DNA of 64,000 bases from Nitrospirales bacterium (GTDB lineage: Bacteria; Nitrospirota; Nitrospiria; Nitrospirales; UBA8639), in the NCBI GenBank assembly GCA_965203295.1, contig CBDBCZ010000019.1, forward strand, positions 896,001-960,000, given 5' to 3'. The notes under the pieces are model-generated. The model was not told the origin of the DNA. It saw nothing but the letters and a program-made list of their open reading frames with translations, and ran no database searches. Shown piece after piece: positions 48,095 through 59,667 of this stretch (its first letter is position 1; the number at the start of each line of letters is the position of its first letter). The translations under genes were made by a program, and so were the position numbers.

Positions 48095-48134
48095 TTAACA
48101 TTATCGTAACATTCCAGTTACATGCAGGAAACAT
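48095..48134 (+). promoter_or_regulatory. Pho-box array upstream of pstS
   Basis: Four direct repeats at exact 11-bp period: TTAACAT, GTAACAT, GTTACAT, GAAACAT. Confidence 0.8.
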
Positions 48135-48171
48135 TGACCATCTACTATCAAATCACTAAAGGGAGGAAGAT

Positions 48172-49206
48172 ATGACACAGCCCATCGCTGTTGATTTTCT
48201 GATCCATTCATCGAGCAGAGTGACACCCTGGTTAAGACTAGGAATAGCTATTCTCGTTGGGTTGGTCGGCTTGTGGAGTCCTAACTCTATTTTTGCAGGC
48301 ATGGAGTCCATGACTGATCCTAATTGGCAGTCTTATGCTCGTGTTAGCGGGATTTCTGGGAATCTGAATAGTATTGGATCAGATACGCTGAATAACCTCA
48401 TGACGTTGTGGGCAGAGGGATTTCGGAAGCAATATCCCAACGTTAAAATTCAAATTGAGGGAAAGGGTTCAAGTACAGCACCACCGGCCCTTATTGAAGG
48501 GACAGCGCAGTTTGGTCCGATGTCCAGAAAGATGAAGGGCAAAGAGATTGACAAATTTGAAGCAAAATTTGGGTATAAACCTACGGTCTTTGCAGTGGCA
48601 ATTGATGCGCTGGCGGTCTATGTCAATAAAGACAACCCAATCCAAGGCATGACTATGGAACAGGTCGATGCGGCCTTTTCAAAATCAAGACGACGAGGTT
48701 ATAGGAATGATATCGGGGAATGGGGACAGTTAGACCTAAACGGTCGATGGGCAAGCATCCTTATCAGCCTGTATGGTCGAAATTCGGCTTCCGGAACGTA
48801 TGGGTTTTTCAAAAAGAAAGTCTTAAAGAATGGTGATTATAAGGATCAGGTCAAGGAACAGCCTGGGTCAGCCTCGGTTGTTCAAGGAGTCACTGAAGAT
48901 CGAGCTGGCATGGGATATAGCGGGATCGGATATCTCACTTCGGGGGTTCGGGCCATTCCTCTTGCCGCCAAGAAAGGGAAAACGTTTGTGCAGCCGACTT
49001 TTGAAAACGCCGCGAAGGGGGCCTATCCATTGGCTCGGTTTTTATATGTCTACGTGAACAAAACACCAGGCAAGCCATTAAATCCCTTAATCCAGGAATT
49101 CTTGAAGTTTGTCTATAGTATCGAAGGACAGAAGGTTGTGATCAAAGATGGATATTTTCCTTTGTCGGCTCAGGTGATTGAGTCACAATTGAAGAACCTA
49201 AAATAA
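48172..49206 (+). CDS. pstS: Phosphate ABC substrate-binding protein
   Basis: GSDTL, EGKGSST, PMSR, GRNSASGTY, YPLARFL. Confidence 0.95.
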   Translation: MTQPIAVDFLIHSSSRVTPWLRLGIAILVGLVGLWSPNSIFAGMESMTDPNWQSYARVSGISGNLNSIGSDTLNNLMTLWAEGFRKQYPNVKIQIEGKGSSTAPPALIEGTAQFGPMSRKMKGKEIDKFEAKFGYKPTVFAVAIDALAVYVNKDNPIQGMTMEQVDAAFSKSRRRGYRNDIGEWGQLDLNGRWASILISLYGRNSASGTYGFFKKKVLKNGDYKDQVKEQPGSASVVQGVTEDRAGMGYSGIGYLTSGVRAIPLAAKKGKTFVQPTFENAAKGAYPLARFLYVYVNKTPGKPLNPLIQEFLKFVYSIEGQKVVIKDGYFPLSAQVIESQLKNLK

Positions 49207-49218
49207 TGGCTCTCTAAC

Positions 49219-49257
49219 GATGGCCCCTCGGTTCAAACAGAGGCCATCAATTTTTTT
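49219..49257 (+). terminator. Stem-loop/terminator between pstS and pstC
   Basis: GATGGCC...GGCCATC followed by T run. Confidence 0.6.
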
Positions 49258-49285
49258 ATTTTCCCCCTACACAATCTAGCTTGCC

Positions 49286-51589
49286 ATGGTGCCTCCAGAC
49301 CTTTCTTCCCCCATTGATAGACCGATCTCAGCGCCTCGTGCCAGAGTTTTCCGTCACCAAGCCAAAACAGCTTCACGAACAGTCCGTGATATTCTTGATC
49401 GCCTCGCCCATGGAGTCGTGTGGGCAGGTGGCATAGCCACTATCCTCAGCATCTTGGGAATCTTCGTCTATCTGTTGATTGAAGTGGTTCCATTGTTCGT
49501 GACACCCACTGGCTCGCCAACTAGCCATACGTCTTTGGATGGTTCAATACCTCCGAGGCAAGCCAGTCTTGCGGTTGGGGTAGATGAGTACCAAGAGGTT
49601 GCCTATGTCCTTGATCACGGCCAGGTCAAATTTTACGCTTTGCCGGCGGGAAATGAGATCCCCGTTGATTACTCTTTTCAGGATCAAGAAGAGCAGATCA
49701 CTGCTGTCGCACGTGCAATAGGATGGGGCCATCAGTTCGCTTTGGGAACGAAGAGCGGCTACGTGATCCCAATGGACATTGAGTTGAATCCCGAATTCGG
49801 AACTGGCAGTCGCCAAATTGTCCCGACGGTCAATGTGGGGGAACCCATTGAAGTCGATCCTACCCACTCGCCGATCCTGCGTTTTTCGTATCAACGATGG
49901 GAAGAAGGCACTGTGATAGCTGCGATCACGATAGTTGGGACCCTTTGGGTGATGAAGGTTGAAGAGTCCGAAGGACTGGTTTTGTCAGATGAACCCGTGG
50001 TCACTCGAGTTCAACTGGACCCCCCATCCACTGAGCCTTTGACGGTATTACTCCTCGACAGAGTGGGAGAACATCTGTTCGCTGGAACTTCTAGTGGAAA
50101 GATTTTTCATTGGTTGCTGCAAGATCTGGAGCAACCCCGTGTCATAGGGGTCCATCAGGTGAGCGCGACGAGTGATGCTGTGACTGCATTAGCCTATCTC
50201 ATTGGAGATCGCACGATTGTCATCGGCACAGAAGCTGGTGACGTATCAACGTGGATGCCAATGCGAAATTTTGAAGAAGATGATTCATTCCAACTCAAAT
50301 TGGCTAGGATCTTTCCTGCCCATGAGGAGGCAGTCACTGCTATTTCCGCTTCGCAACGAGATAAGGGCTTTTTGACGGCTGATGCGACGGGCGCTGTGAC
50401 CCTTCATCACTCAACATCTGGGCAGACGTTTTTTACATTGTCTGGGTCGGGTTCTCCAGTGGAAGCTCTGATATTTTCTCCTAAAGCCAATGGTGGAATT
50501 GCGCTAGATGGAAGTGGCTCCCTGCGCGCATTTTCCATCGAGAATCATCATCCTGAAGTGACATTTCAGACCCTTTTCCAAGCAGTTCTGTATGAAGGCT
50601 ATGAGCAGCCAGAGTGGATTTGGCAGTCCTCCAGTGGATCAGGTGATTTTGAACCCAAGTTTGGCATGATGCCTTTGATTTTCGGCACCTTGAAAGGAAC
50701 GATTTATGCCATGATGCTGGCGGTTCCCCTCGCTGTCATGGGGGCGATCTATACCGCCATGTTCATGTCGCTGAACTTGAGAGCCATCATCAAACCGGTG
50801 ATTGAAGTGATGGCAGCCCTACCTTCGGTCGTACTGGGATTTCTCGCGGGTTTATGGTTGGCTCCTATTTTGGAACAAATCTTTCCCGCGGTGGTCGCTA
50901 TGCTTTTGATGATTCCTATCGTTGTCGCGGTGGTCTGCCTCGGCTGGAACTTTAATCCTTGGTTGAGTCGGCATCGAAGTCAGTCTTTCGTTGATCTGCT
51001 GATCTTAATGGGAGTGATCGTGATCACTGTCCTCGGATGCCTGACATTGAATCAAGGGATTGAATCCTTTATTTTTTCAGGAGATTACAAACAATGGTTG
51101 AACTCGAATCTCGGACTTCAGTACGACCAGCGGAATGCGTTATTGATCAGCTTTGCGATGGGGTTTGCCGTGATTCCGATTATTTTTAGTATTTCGGAGG
51201 ACTCCATTTCCAATGTGCCTCGACATCTCATTGCCGGATCCCTGGCTATGGGAGCGACACAATGGCAAACCTTAACTCGCTTAGTTCTCGTTTCAGCCAG
51301 CCCTGGCATTTTTTCTGCCTTAATGATTGGGTTTGGCCGGGCTGTCGGCGAAACCATGATTGTGCTCATGGCCACCGGAAATACTCCTATTCTTGATTGG
51401 AGCATTTTCAATGGATTTCGGACTCTTTCGGCGAACATTGCCGTCGAAATGCCGGAGGCACCTCATGGAGGAACTTTGTATCGAATATTATTTTTATCCG
51501 GGTTGATTCTGTTTGCCTTTACCTTTCTCATCAATACTGTTGCTGAAGTGGTAAGGCAGCGATTACGTGAACGATATAGCCAGTATTAA
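49286..51589 (+). CDS. pstC: Phosphate ABC permease PstC, long form with WD40-like extracytoplasmic domain
   Basis: PLIFGTLKGT, KPVIEVMAALPSVVLG, GRAVGETMIV; beta-strand repeat region aa ~90-420. Confidence 0.92.
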   Translation: MVPPDLSSPIDRPISAPRARVFRHQAKTASRTVRDILDRLAHGVVWAGGIATILSILGIFVYLLIEVVPLFVTPTGSPTSHTSLDGSIPPRQASLAVGVDEYQEVAYVLDHGQVKFYALPAGNEIPVDYSFQDQEEQITAVARAIGWGHQFALGTKSGYVIPMDIELNPEFGTGSRQIVPTVNVGEPIEVDPTHSPILRFSYQRWEEGTVIAAITIVGTLWVMKVEESEGLVLSDEPVVTRVQLDPPSTEPLTVLLLDRVGEHLFAGTSSGKIFHWLLQDLEQPRVIGVHQVSATSDAVTALAYLIGDRTIVIGTEAGDVSTWMPMRNFEEDDSFQLKLARIFPAHEEAVTAISASQRDKGFLTADATGAVTLHHSTSGQTFFTLSGSGSPVEALIFSPKANGGIALDGSGSLRAFSIENHHPEVTFQTLFQAVLYEGYEQPEWIWQSSSGSGDFEPKFGMMPLIFGTLKGTIYAMMLAVPLAVMGAIYTAMFMSLNLRAIIKPVIEVMAALPSVVLGFLAGLWLAPILEQIFPAVVAMLLMIPIVVAVVCLGWNFNPWLSRHRSQSFVDLLILMGVIVITVLGCLTLNQGIESFIFSGDYKQWLNSNLGLQYDQRNALLISFAMGFAVIPIIFSISEDSISNVPRHLIAGSLAMGATQWQTLTRLVLVSASPGIFSALMIGFGRAVGETMIVLMATGNTPILDWSIFNGFRTLSANIAVEMPEAPHGGTLYRILFLSGLILFAFTFLINTVAEVVRQRLRERYSQY

Positions 51590-51594
51590 CGGAC

Positions 51595-53232
51595 ATGATG
51601 CCTCAATCGATTAGAAAGTTTTTGGATTCGGGTACCCTATTCGTTTGGCTTTGTGGAGCTGGGTTGGCTACCTCGCTTTTGATGATCGTTGGTCTGCTGG
51701 CCCTCATTATGTTCAATGGCTTGGGGTACTTTTGGCCCAAGAATTTGGTTGAGTTCACGCTGAAAGATGGCACCCATGTGCTTGGGCAGATTGTCGGTCA
51801 CGAAACCATTCCGCATTCAGAGTCCTCTGAATTCCAAGAAGGCAAAGAGAGGGTCCAGCTCAAGATTGGCAACCGAGATCTCTATGGGTTGGACTTTAGA
51901 TGGATTGACCAAGATGACATCGTCTCGCACGCAAATCCCAAGGATGTCGTTGCCATTGAGCGACGAGAATGGGGGAATTTTTTGGGGCGAGTCAAATCTG
52001 TTCAAACCGGCGATGTTATTCTCACGGAAGGTGATGAGAAAAGCTGGCAGGCCCTTTTGCCTTTAGTTTCTCAGGCCCATGCAGTACAAGATCGCATTCA
52101 TCACACCGAGAAAGATCTCATCGGAAAGGTTAATCATGAGATCGAAGGACTTCGATTGAGGCTTCGGTCCCTTGAGCTACGAGGACTTCAGGCGTCTCCT
52201 CAGGCTGGTGAACTTCGATCGACCATGGACAGTTATCAGGCTCAATATGAAGAATATACCAAGATTCTTCAGAAACTTTATGACAAACTCGATGAATCCT
52301 CGGTTCAACTTATTGACGCTAACGGACGGCAACTCCAACTCCCTGTGGGGCAAATCATCGAAGTCCTCCGTCCGAATGAAATGAGAATCTATGCCAAGAT
52401 TGTGGCCTATCTATCCAATATTTGGAGGGTGTTAAGCGAGGAACCACGAGAAGCGAATACCGAAGGTGGGATTTTTCCGGCTATTTTTGGAACAGTGATG
52501 ATGGTGTTGATTATGAGCATTGCGGTCGTGCCACTTGGAGTACTTGCCGCGTTTTATCTGAAGGAGTATGCAAGACAGGGATTGGTGGTGCGATTAGTTC
52601 GTATCGCTGTGAATAATCTTGCTGGCGTTCCCTCGATTGTTTTCGGAGTGTTTGGATTGGGGTTTTTTGTGTATGCCGTGGGTGGTACGATCGATTCCTT
52701 GTTCTTTCAGGAAGCTCTTCCAAATCCCACATTCGGAACTGGTGGACTTCTTTGGGCGTCTTTGACGTTGGCCCTGATGACGGTACCGGTCGTGATTGTG
52801 GCGACGGAGGAAGGTTTGTCAGCCGTTCCCAAAGAATATCGGGAGGGGTCTTTGGCTCTAGGGGCGACAAAACTGGAAAGTCTTCTTCGAGTGGTGCTCC
52901 CTTGTGCCATGCCGGGCATTTTAACGGGTCTTATCCTCGCAATTTCCCGGGCGACAGGAGAGGTGGCCCCCTTAATGCTGACGGGTGTGGTGAAGCTCGC
53001 ACCGTCATTGCCATTTGATAGTTATTTCCCATTTTTCCATCTTGACAGAAAATTCATGCATTTAGGGTTTCATATCTATGATGTGGGCTTTCAGTCTCCG
53101 AACGTAGAGGCTGCTAAGCCGATGGTCTATGTCACGACTCTCATACTCGTTCTTGTCGTTATATTATTGAACATGACAGCTATTGCCATTCGAAATCGGA
53201 TGCGAAAAAAGTATACCGGTTCTGCTGTCTAG
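51595..53232 (+). CDS. pstA: Phosphate ABC permease PstA, long form
   Basis: EPREANTEGGIFPAIFGT, NNLAGVPSIVFG, RATGEVAP. Confidence 0.93.
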   Translation: MMPQSIRKFLDSGTLFVWLCGAGLATSLLMIVGLLALIMFNGLGYFWPKNLVEFTLKDGTHVLGQIVGHETIPHSESSEFQEGKERVQLKIGNRDLYGLDFRWIDQDDIVSHANPKDVVAIERREWGNFLGRVKSVQTGDVILTEGDEKSWQALLPLVSQAHAVQDRIHHTEKDLIGKVNHEIEGLRLRLRSLELRGLQASPQAGELRSTMDSYQAQYEEYTKILQKLYDKLDESSVQLIDANGRQLQLPVGQIIEVLRPNEMRIYAKIVAYLSNIWRVLSEEPREANTEGGIFPAIFGTVMMVLIMSIAVVPLGVLAAFYLKEYARQGLVVRLVRIAVNNLAGVPSIVFGVFGLGFFVYAVGGTIDSLFFQEALPNPTFGTGGLLWASLTLALMTVPVVIVATEEGLSAVPKEYREGSLALGATKLESLLRVVLPCAMPGILTGLILAISRATGEVAPLMLTGVVKLAPSLPFDSYFPFFHLDRKFMHLGFHIYDVGFQSPNVEAAKPMVYVTTLILVLVVILLNMTAIAIRNRMRKKYTGSAV

Positions 53233-53244
53233 TTGGAGTACAAT

Positions 53245-54123
53245 ATGGAAGCGTTACCTCCTCCTCCTCTGCCATCGAAGCTGTCGTTGCCCAGAGAACA
53301 AACTTTAAAGGAACCTGAGAAAATGGCTGATGAAGAGACCTCGAGGGAAGCAAATCCGAATGCAGGCATCCATCCCAAGATTGTGATCGAGGACATGAAT
53401 TTTTACTATGGGGAAACCCAGGCATTATTCAAGACCAACCTCACGATTCCCGAACATCGCGTAACAGCGTTCATTGGGCCCTCAGGCTGTGGGAAGTCGA
53501 CTCTGTTACGGTGTCTCAATCGCCTGAATGATTTGGTTGAAGGTGCACGGATAGAGGGAAAAATTCTTCTGGATGGGGAAGACATTTACGGAAAGAATGT
53601 CGATGTGACTGACTTGCGGACCAGGGTAGGAATGGTCTTTCAAAAAGTGAATCCGTTTCCTAAGTCGATTTATCAAAATGTGGCGTATGGGCCACTCCTT
53701 CAAAAAATTAGTCGAAGGTCAGTCCTGGATGAAATCGTGGAGAAAAGTATACAAGGAGCAGGTTTGTGGGAAGAGGTCAAGGATCGGCTGCACAGCAGTG
53801 CGTTGGGATTGTCAGGGGGACAACAGCAGCGTTTATGTATTGCCAGGGCCTTAGCTGTCAATCCTGAAGTATTATTGATGGATGAGCCGTGTTCAGCATT
53901 GGATCCTATTTCTACGGCAAAAATCGAGGAACTTCTTCATTCCCTAAAGGAACAGCTCACCGTGGTAATCGTGACTCACAACATGCAGCAAGCTGCACGC
54001 GTGTCGGACCTGACAGGCTTCTTTTTATTGGGTGAATTGATCGAATATGACAACACCAAACAGATCTTTACGAATCCGAAGAATAAAGAAACCGAAGATT
54101 ATGTCACGGGTCGGTTCGGGTAA
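53245..54123 (+). CDS. pstB: Phosphate ABC ATPase
   Basis: [38 protein letters not shown]; exact start uncertain. Confidence 0.95.
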   Translation: MEALPPPPLPSKLSLPREQTLKEPEKMADEETSREANPNAGIHPKIVIEDMNFYYGETQALFKTNLTIPEHRVTAFIGPSGCGKSTLLRCLNRLNDLVEGARIEGKILLDGEDIYGKNVDVTDLRTRVGMVFQKVNPFPKSIYQNVAYGPLLQKISRRSVLDEIVEKSIQGAGLWEEVKDRLHSSALGLSGGQQQRLCIARALAVNPEVLLMDEPCSALDPISTAKIEELLHSLKEQLTVVIVTHNMQQAARVSDLTGFFLLGELIEYDNTKQIFTNPKNKETEDYVTGRFG

Positions 54124-54155
54124 GAAATGCTTTACTCATAAAGGATGGAATATCG

Positions 54156-54824
54156 ATGGAACGTCACTTTGATGAAGAATTAGCAGGGCTCAAGGAAAAG
54201 ATTCTCCGAATGGGAGCCCTTGTCGAAGAACAGATTCGGTTTGCGCTGAAAGCTCTCGTGGACCGAGATGAGGAGCTGGCTCGTCAGGTGATCGAAAACG
54301 ACAGGCGGGTCAACACGTTGGATGTGGAAGTGGATGAGATTTGTTTGCAATTATTAGCGTTATACCAGCCGGCTGCACGAGATTTGCGGTTTATCACCAC
54401 GGCCATGAAAATTTCGACAGAATTGGAACGGATGAGCGACCTTGCCGAGAATATTTGTGAACGGGCTATTGAGCTCAACGAAGAGCCGCAATTGAAGCCC
54501 TACATTGATATACCCGTGATGGCGGAGCGAGCGATGAAGATGGTGTGGGATTCGCTTGATGCGTTTGTGAAAGGAGATTCGGATTTAGCCCGAAAGGTCT
54601 TGGAAGATGATGATATGGTGGATGAACTGACCGAACAACTATTTCGAGAACTCTTATCCTTTATGATTGAAAATCCTCAGACCATATCTCGTGCTATCCG
54701 TCTATCCTTTATTTCCAAGTATATTGAGCGTATTGCTGATCATGCCACCAACGTGGCGGAACTCGTGGTGTATTTGGTTGAGGGAAAAATCATTCGTCAT
54801 ACCATTCCTCTTCAACCTAACTAA
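54156..54824 (+). CDS. phoU: Phosphate signalling protein PhoU
   Basis: QPAARDLR, ELERMSD, ERIADHATNVAE. Confidence 0.96.
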   Translation: MERHFDEELAGLKEKILRMGALVEEQIRFALKALVDRDEELARQVIENDRRVNTLDVEVDEICLQLLALYQPAARDLRFITTAMKISTELERMSDLAENICERAIELNEEPQLKPYIDIPVMAERAMKMVWDSLDAFVKGDSDLARKVLEDDDMVDELTEQLFRELLSFMIENPQTISRAIRLSFISKYIERIADHATNVAELVVYLVEGKIIRHTIPLQPN

Positions 54825-54832
54825 CCCTTTCA

Positions 54833-56974
54833 TTAATGTCCTTTTTCCTTCCAATGGTTTAATAGCCATTCTTGTGAGTTCAGTTCCGCTTCTTTGTTTG
54901 TGGGTCTCAACCGTTGATAGCCTCTATCGACACATAATTGCCGAGCTTTGACGTTGTCCTTGAGGTTGATTCCCAGCAGGTCTTGAACAATGCGTTTCCG
55001 AAGTCCTGGAGATTCTATGGGGAACAAGATTTCAACCCGCCGATCGAGATTTCTTTCCATTAAATCCGCACTGCCTAAAAACACTTCCTCTTGCCCACCA
55101 TTTCGGAAATAATACACTCGAGCGTGCTCCAAAAATCGTCCGACGATCGATGTGACAGAAATGGTATCACTCACTCTTGGAACGCCAGGACGAAGACCAC
55201 AGACTCCTCTGACCTGGAGGTCAATTTTTACTCCAGCCTGTGAGGCACGATATAAAGCGCGAATACAAGGTGTATCGACTAATGCGTTCATTTTAAAGGC
55301 CAAATAGCCATCACCATATCGGCCTTGTCGATCAATCTCTCGTTCGATCCGTTCAAGAATACCTTCCCGCATCCCGCGAGGAGCTACTAAGAGTTTGGAG
55401 TAAGAGTCCTTTCGGGAATACCCGGTCAGGGAATTAAAAAGGTCTGTGATGTCAGCGCCCATGGCCGCATTACATGTGAAGAAACTAAGGTCAGTATAGA
55501 TCTTGCTTGTGGCAATATTGTAATTACCAGTCCCAAGGTGAACGTACCGCCGAATCCCATCCTCATCCCGGCGGACGACGAGGCAAACCTTGGCATGAGT
55601 TTTCAATCCCAGGACGCCATATACGACGTGGACCCCTTCATCTTCTAGTTTTCTGGCTAATTCGATGTTGTTTTCCTCGTCGAAGCGAGCCTTTAATTCA
55701 AAAAGTACCGCGACTTGCTTGCCATTCTGTCGAGCCTCCATGAGTGCCTGGATAATCGGCGAATGGGATCCTACCCGGTAGAGGGTTTGTTTGATGGCAA
55801 GAACATTGGGATCATTGGTGGCTTCTCGAATAAACTCCACGACTGGCAGAAAATTGTCATACGGATGGTAGAGCAGAATATCTTCCCTTCGAATGACGGA
55901 AAACACACTTTCCCGCTGACCCAAAAGTTCTGGCGTGGAAGGTAGAAATGGTGGAAATTTCAGGTCAGGCCGATCAATCTTTGTCAACTCCATAAGGCTG
56001 GACATCCCTAGTGGGATCGTTTGCGTATAGACTTGATAGGGCTGTAGACCGAGATTTCTGATAAGAATGTCACGAATATGTTCAGGAGTTGTTTGGTCAA
56101 CTTCAAGCCTGACGACTGACCCAAAATGTCGTAAATCAACATGTTCCTCGATGGTTTCAAGCAAATCAGCAGCTTCATCCTCTTCAATGGAAAGGTCTGC
56201 ATCCCGGGTGACTCGAAAAGAGTACGCCGCCTGAATTTTCAATCCGGGAAAAAGTAGGCCGAGGTTAGCTGCCACGACCTCCTCCAGCCATACGAAATTA
56301 TTGGCAGTCAATTCCGCAATTCCAATTTGTTCGTGTTCAACGGCCATTTCCTCATTTGGAATGGGGATGAGGCGGGACAAAAGATCGGGAATCTTGACGC
56401 GTGCAAAGCGTTCACCTCTCTCGGGATCTTTTGCCACGACGGCCAAGTTGAGGCTTAAATTAGAGATATGAGGAAAAGGATGAGAGGGATCAAAGGCTAA
56501 GGGAGTGAGTACGGGGTAGATTTCCTTCGAAAAGTAACGCCTCAGCATTTGGCGCTGTTTGGGTTGTAATTGGCTATAACGGAGAACATAAATTCCATTC
56601 ATTTGAAGCTTTGGCAGGATGTCGAATTCCCAACAATCTTCGAAACGCTTCAATTGCTTGCTGAGTTCCAACCGAATGGCTTCAATTTGTTTGGAAGGAG
56701 TCATCCCATCTGGAGGGGCTTCCACAACACCGCCAGAAAGTTGTTCGCGAAGACCGGAGATGCGGATCATGAAGAATTCGTCGAGATTGCTTGCAAATAT
56801 TGAAAGAAACTTAATTCGTTCCAAAAGAGGTTGGCTTTGGTCTTCGGCTTCTTCCAGAACTCGGGCGTTGAACTGAAGCCAACTCAGCTCTCGATTGATG
56901 TAAAGACGAGGATCGTCTAGATCGAGAGGATGAGGTGAAATCCGAGAAGGGGCTTGTGCAGGATTTGTGGACAT
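54833..56974 (-). CDS. ppk1: Polyphosphate kinase 1
   Basis: NRELSWLQFNARV, HPFPHISN, ELKARFDEENN, LKTHAK, GRFLEHAR, SADLMERN; intact 713 aa. Confidence 0.97.
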   Translation of the reverse strand: MSTNPAQAPSRISPHPLDLDDPRLYINRELSWLQFNARVLEEAEDQSQPLLERIKFLSIFASNLDEFFMIRISGLREQLSGGVVEAPPDGMTPSKQIEAIRLELSKQLKRFEDCWEFDILPKLQMNGIYVLRYSQLQPKQRQMLRRYFSKEIYPVLTPLAFDPSHPFPHISNLSLNLAVVAKDPERGERFARVKIPDLLSRLIPIPNEEMAVEHEQIGIAELTANNFVWLEEVVAANLGLLFPGLKIQAAYSFRVTRDADLSIEEDEAADLLETIEEHVDLRHFGSVVRLEVDQTTPEHIRDILIRNLGLQPYQVYTQTIPLGMSSLMELTKIDRPDLKFPPFLPSTPELLGQRESVFSVIRREDILLYHPYDNFLPVVEFIREATNDPNVLAIKQTLYRVGSHSPIIQALMEARQNGKQVAVLFELKARFDEENNIELARKLEDEGVHVVYGVLGLKTHAKVCLVVRRDEDGIRRYVHLGTGNYNIATSKIYTDLSFFTCNAAMGADITDLFNSLTGYSRKDSYSKLLVAPRGMREGILERIEREIDRQGRYGDGYLAFKMNALVDTPCIRALYRASQAGVKIDLQVRGVCGLRPGVPRVSDTISVTSIVGRFLEHARVYYFRNGGQEEVFLGSADLMERNLDRRVEILFPIESPGLRKRIVQDLLGINLKDNVKARQLCVDRGYQRLRPTNKEAELNSQEWLLNHWKEKGH

Positions 56975-57107
56975 GGATTTCTACTCTATTCTACAATACA
57001 CATAGTATATAAAGGTCTAGGGGTTCGTGCTAGTCGGTTTTTGAGCTTATGTGTTTTGCGATCAAAACTCCTTTGATATTGGGTAGTTCCAGACGTGATT
57101 AGAATGG

Positions 57108-58581
57108 TTAGGATGTTGATGAGCGGGAAAGGAGGAATGCGTTCCGCCCGCGTCTCTTCAATTTGGCCCACTCGCCGGGAAAGTTATGACGAGCGCGTTG
57201 TCGGCGGGAGTGGAGGCGTTCAACCATCTGCCCTATGGCAAAGGCGGTCTTGACTCCACGCGTCGTGCCCAACAACTCTCTGAGTCGTTGTTCTGTCACG
57301 ACAGCATCCTGATGGTCACCCAATAGATCCTGAACTTTCTTACACTGAGCGATAAACCGTGAGGCAGATTTTCCTATCGCTGTTTCCCCGAGTTCGGTCG
57401 TGTATCGAGCGCGCTTGGTTTGAATGCGTAACTGATGCAGCTTTTGGTCTGAAAGTTCTGCACTTCCATTCTCAAGCACTCGTCGAAGTTTTTTGAATTC
57501 TTTGGCTGCAAGGTTGAACAGAGAAATCTCCTGAGGATTCGCGAATTCGGGTTTTTGGGTGGCACTTTCGAGACGATCAAGGAGCTGAAGATATCAATCG
57601 CTCCGGAGTGCCTCGACTAATGTTGCACGGGCGATAGAATGCTGCGTTTCAAGAATCGCCAGGACCCTTTCAAATACTTTTCGTTCCGTTTTTGGAAGCG
57701 AATCGGATTCGGCATGAAGGTATTCCAAGAGGACATCAAAGTCTCTGACAGCCCCCAAGTGAGTCTCCTAGCCAGCTGATCTCCGCACGCAGACCTTCAG
57801 ACCAGTCATGTGCGAGTAAAGGGCGAGCAGCCCTGAGTAGAGCGCGAAACCGTCTCGTTCCTACTCGCATGTCATGAAGTTCCTCTGGGTCTTTCCCAAA
57901 TCTGGTTCCGGGATCATGAATGAGAATTTCCGTAAATTGTCTTTGCAGCATCATTCGTAGGTGATCAATGGGTGGGGCAGAAGGAAGAACTTGCTCGAAC
58001 TCTTGTGGAACACGAAGACCTAGAGCTTTAAAAACCTTAGGATGTGGATCGGCATCTTGTGCCCCAGCCTCCCGAAGTATCGCTGTGATGCGAGATAACT
58101 CCTTTCCATTACCATTGAGAAGTTCGATGTCGATTTTTGAAAAATGTCCTATGGATTTCCTGTTATTCAACACCGTGACGCGATCGAAAACCACATCAGC
58201 CAAAGGACCTTCCATGTTGCGAACTCTCATACCTGAACGTCGCGTTCGGAGTTTGGCTATGGCAAGGACGTCGCTTTTGCGTAAAAGTCCAAAAAGACAA
58301 TCCATCAAAGGTTTTGGAGGTGTCGAAGAATTTCCAGGAACTTCTAACTCAAGGCGAGCCTCTCCTCTTGGTAATTCTAGTTGCCAGAGGCCTCTCTTAT
58401 ATTCCACTCGGCGACGGAGCATCATTCCTAACCTGGCCAGACGATAATCTGGGGTATCAAAGTATGTTGAGGTAAAAACGCGAGGAGGCAAAGAGTGCCC
58501 GGGCAGTTCGGGGATCCGAAACCGAGGCCCCACACTGAATTGAATTCCCTGATTAAGGGTTTGTCTTAACGAGTAGTTCAT
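57108..58581 (-). pseudogene. CYTH-CHAD domain protein, disrupted
   Basis: CYTH STYFDT..RL...LRRR; CHAD ELHDMRVGTRR, LG.VRDFDV, LHQLRI..KRARY, QDLLGDHQD; +1 in C5 run 57752-56 and in-frame TGA at 57594-96. Confidence 0.85.
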
Positions 58582-58872
58582 ACAGAATGAACGTTGTTGA
58601 AATCACCCTGTATTCTAAGGAAGTCAAAAAAATCAGTATAACATGGAGCGAAAGAAGAAAAGTGCGAGATTTTTCCCACGAGGCTCTCTGGCATCTCGTC
58701 CGAAAGAGAACTTGAAAATATAAGGGGTTGTTTCTCCTAAGTAGAAGAGCAATTTCGGCCTAGGCAATCTGAAAAATTGACCGTAAATCTTTGAATTACT
58801 GGACTTTTCTGAACGAGAAAGGGTATACCAAATCACATGTGGGCCATTGAGGCTTGTTAATCAAAAGGTGCA

Positions 58873-59667
58873 ATGAATCCTGTAAACGATCTTGATTTGG
58901 CCAGATTGCTTGATCTGGCGGTCCAAGCAGCACGATCTCCCTCCGAACAAATCTTGAGGCATTTCAATGCCTCAGAGTTGTCTATAGACAACAAATCTGA
59001 TGGGTCCCCAGTGACGGTTGCCGACCGGGAAGCGGAGTCACTGATCAGGCAGGTTTTGAAGTCAGACCATGATTTCGGATCCTTTGATATTTTGGGGGAG
59101 GAGCATGGTTTGGAAGGAACGGGCACCCGATTTCGATGGTTGGTCGACCCAATTGATGGAACGAGATCTTTTATCAATAAGATTCCATTGTTTGGAACGA
59201 TTGTGGCTCTTGAAGATCATGTCGAAAAACGCTCCCTCGTTGGCGTGATTCATTTGCCTGTCTTGAATCTGACGTATGCAGGAGCACGAGGATTTGGGAC
59301 CATGTGCAATGGGAGACCAGTGAAGGTTTCAGGTGACACACAGCTTGAGAACAGCATCATTTCCATCGGTGATTTTGCGCAATTCGTCAGCGCCAAACGT
59401 GAGAGTGCCTATCGACAACTAGGAGAACTGTGTCCTTATCTCCAGGCATATACTGATTGCTTTGGACATGCTTTGGTCGTGAATGGGTCCGTGGGAGCCA
59501 TGCTAGATCCTGTTCTTAACCCATGGGATGTACTCGCAACACAAGTCCTCGTTGAAGAAGCAGGAGGGATGATGGTCATTCGTCCCTCCGTTGTCTCAGG
59601 CAAGGTTGATGTGTTGTTCGGTACGCCGATCATCGTCAACTCTCTCTGTGATCAACTGCAGTTTTGA
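58873..59667 (+). CDS. Inositol monophosphatase family, HisN-like
   Basis: KSDGSPVTVADREAE, GEE, WLVDPIDGTRSF, WDVLA. Confidence 0.88.
   Translation: MNPVNDLDLARLLDLAVQAARSPSEQILRHFNASELSIDNKSDGSPVTVADREAESLIRQVLKSDHDFGSFDILGEEHGLEGTGTRFRWLVDPIDGTRSFINKIPLFGTIVALEDHVEKRSLVGVIHLPVLNLTYAGARGFGTMCNGRPVKVSGDTQLENSIISIGDFAQFVSAKRESAYRQLGELCPYLQAYTDCFGHALVVNGSVGAMLDPVLNPWDVLATQVLVEEAGGMMVIRPSVVSGKVDVLFGTPIIVNSLCDQLQF

Noticed and set aside
49286..53232. Unusually long PstC and PstA
   Set aside because: Long forms with extracytoplasmic domains are already known, e.g. in Pseudomonas
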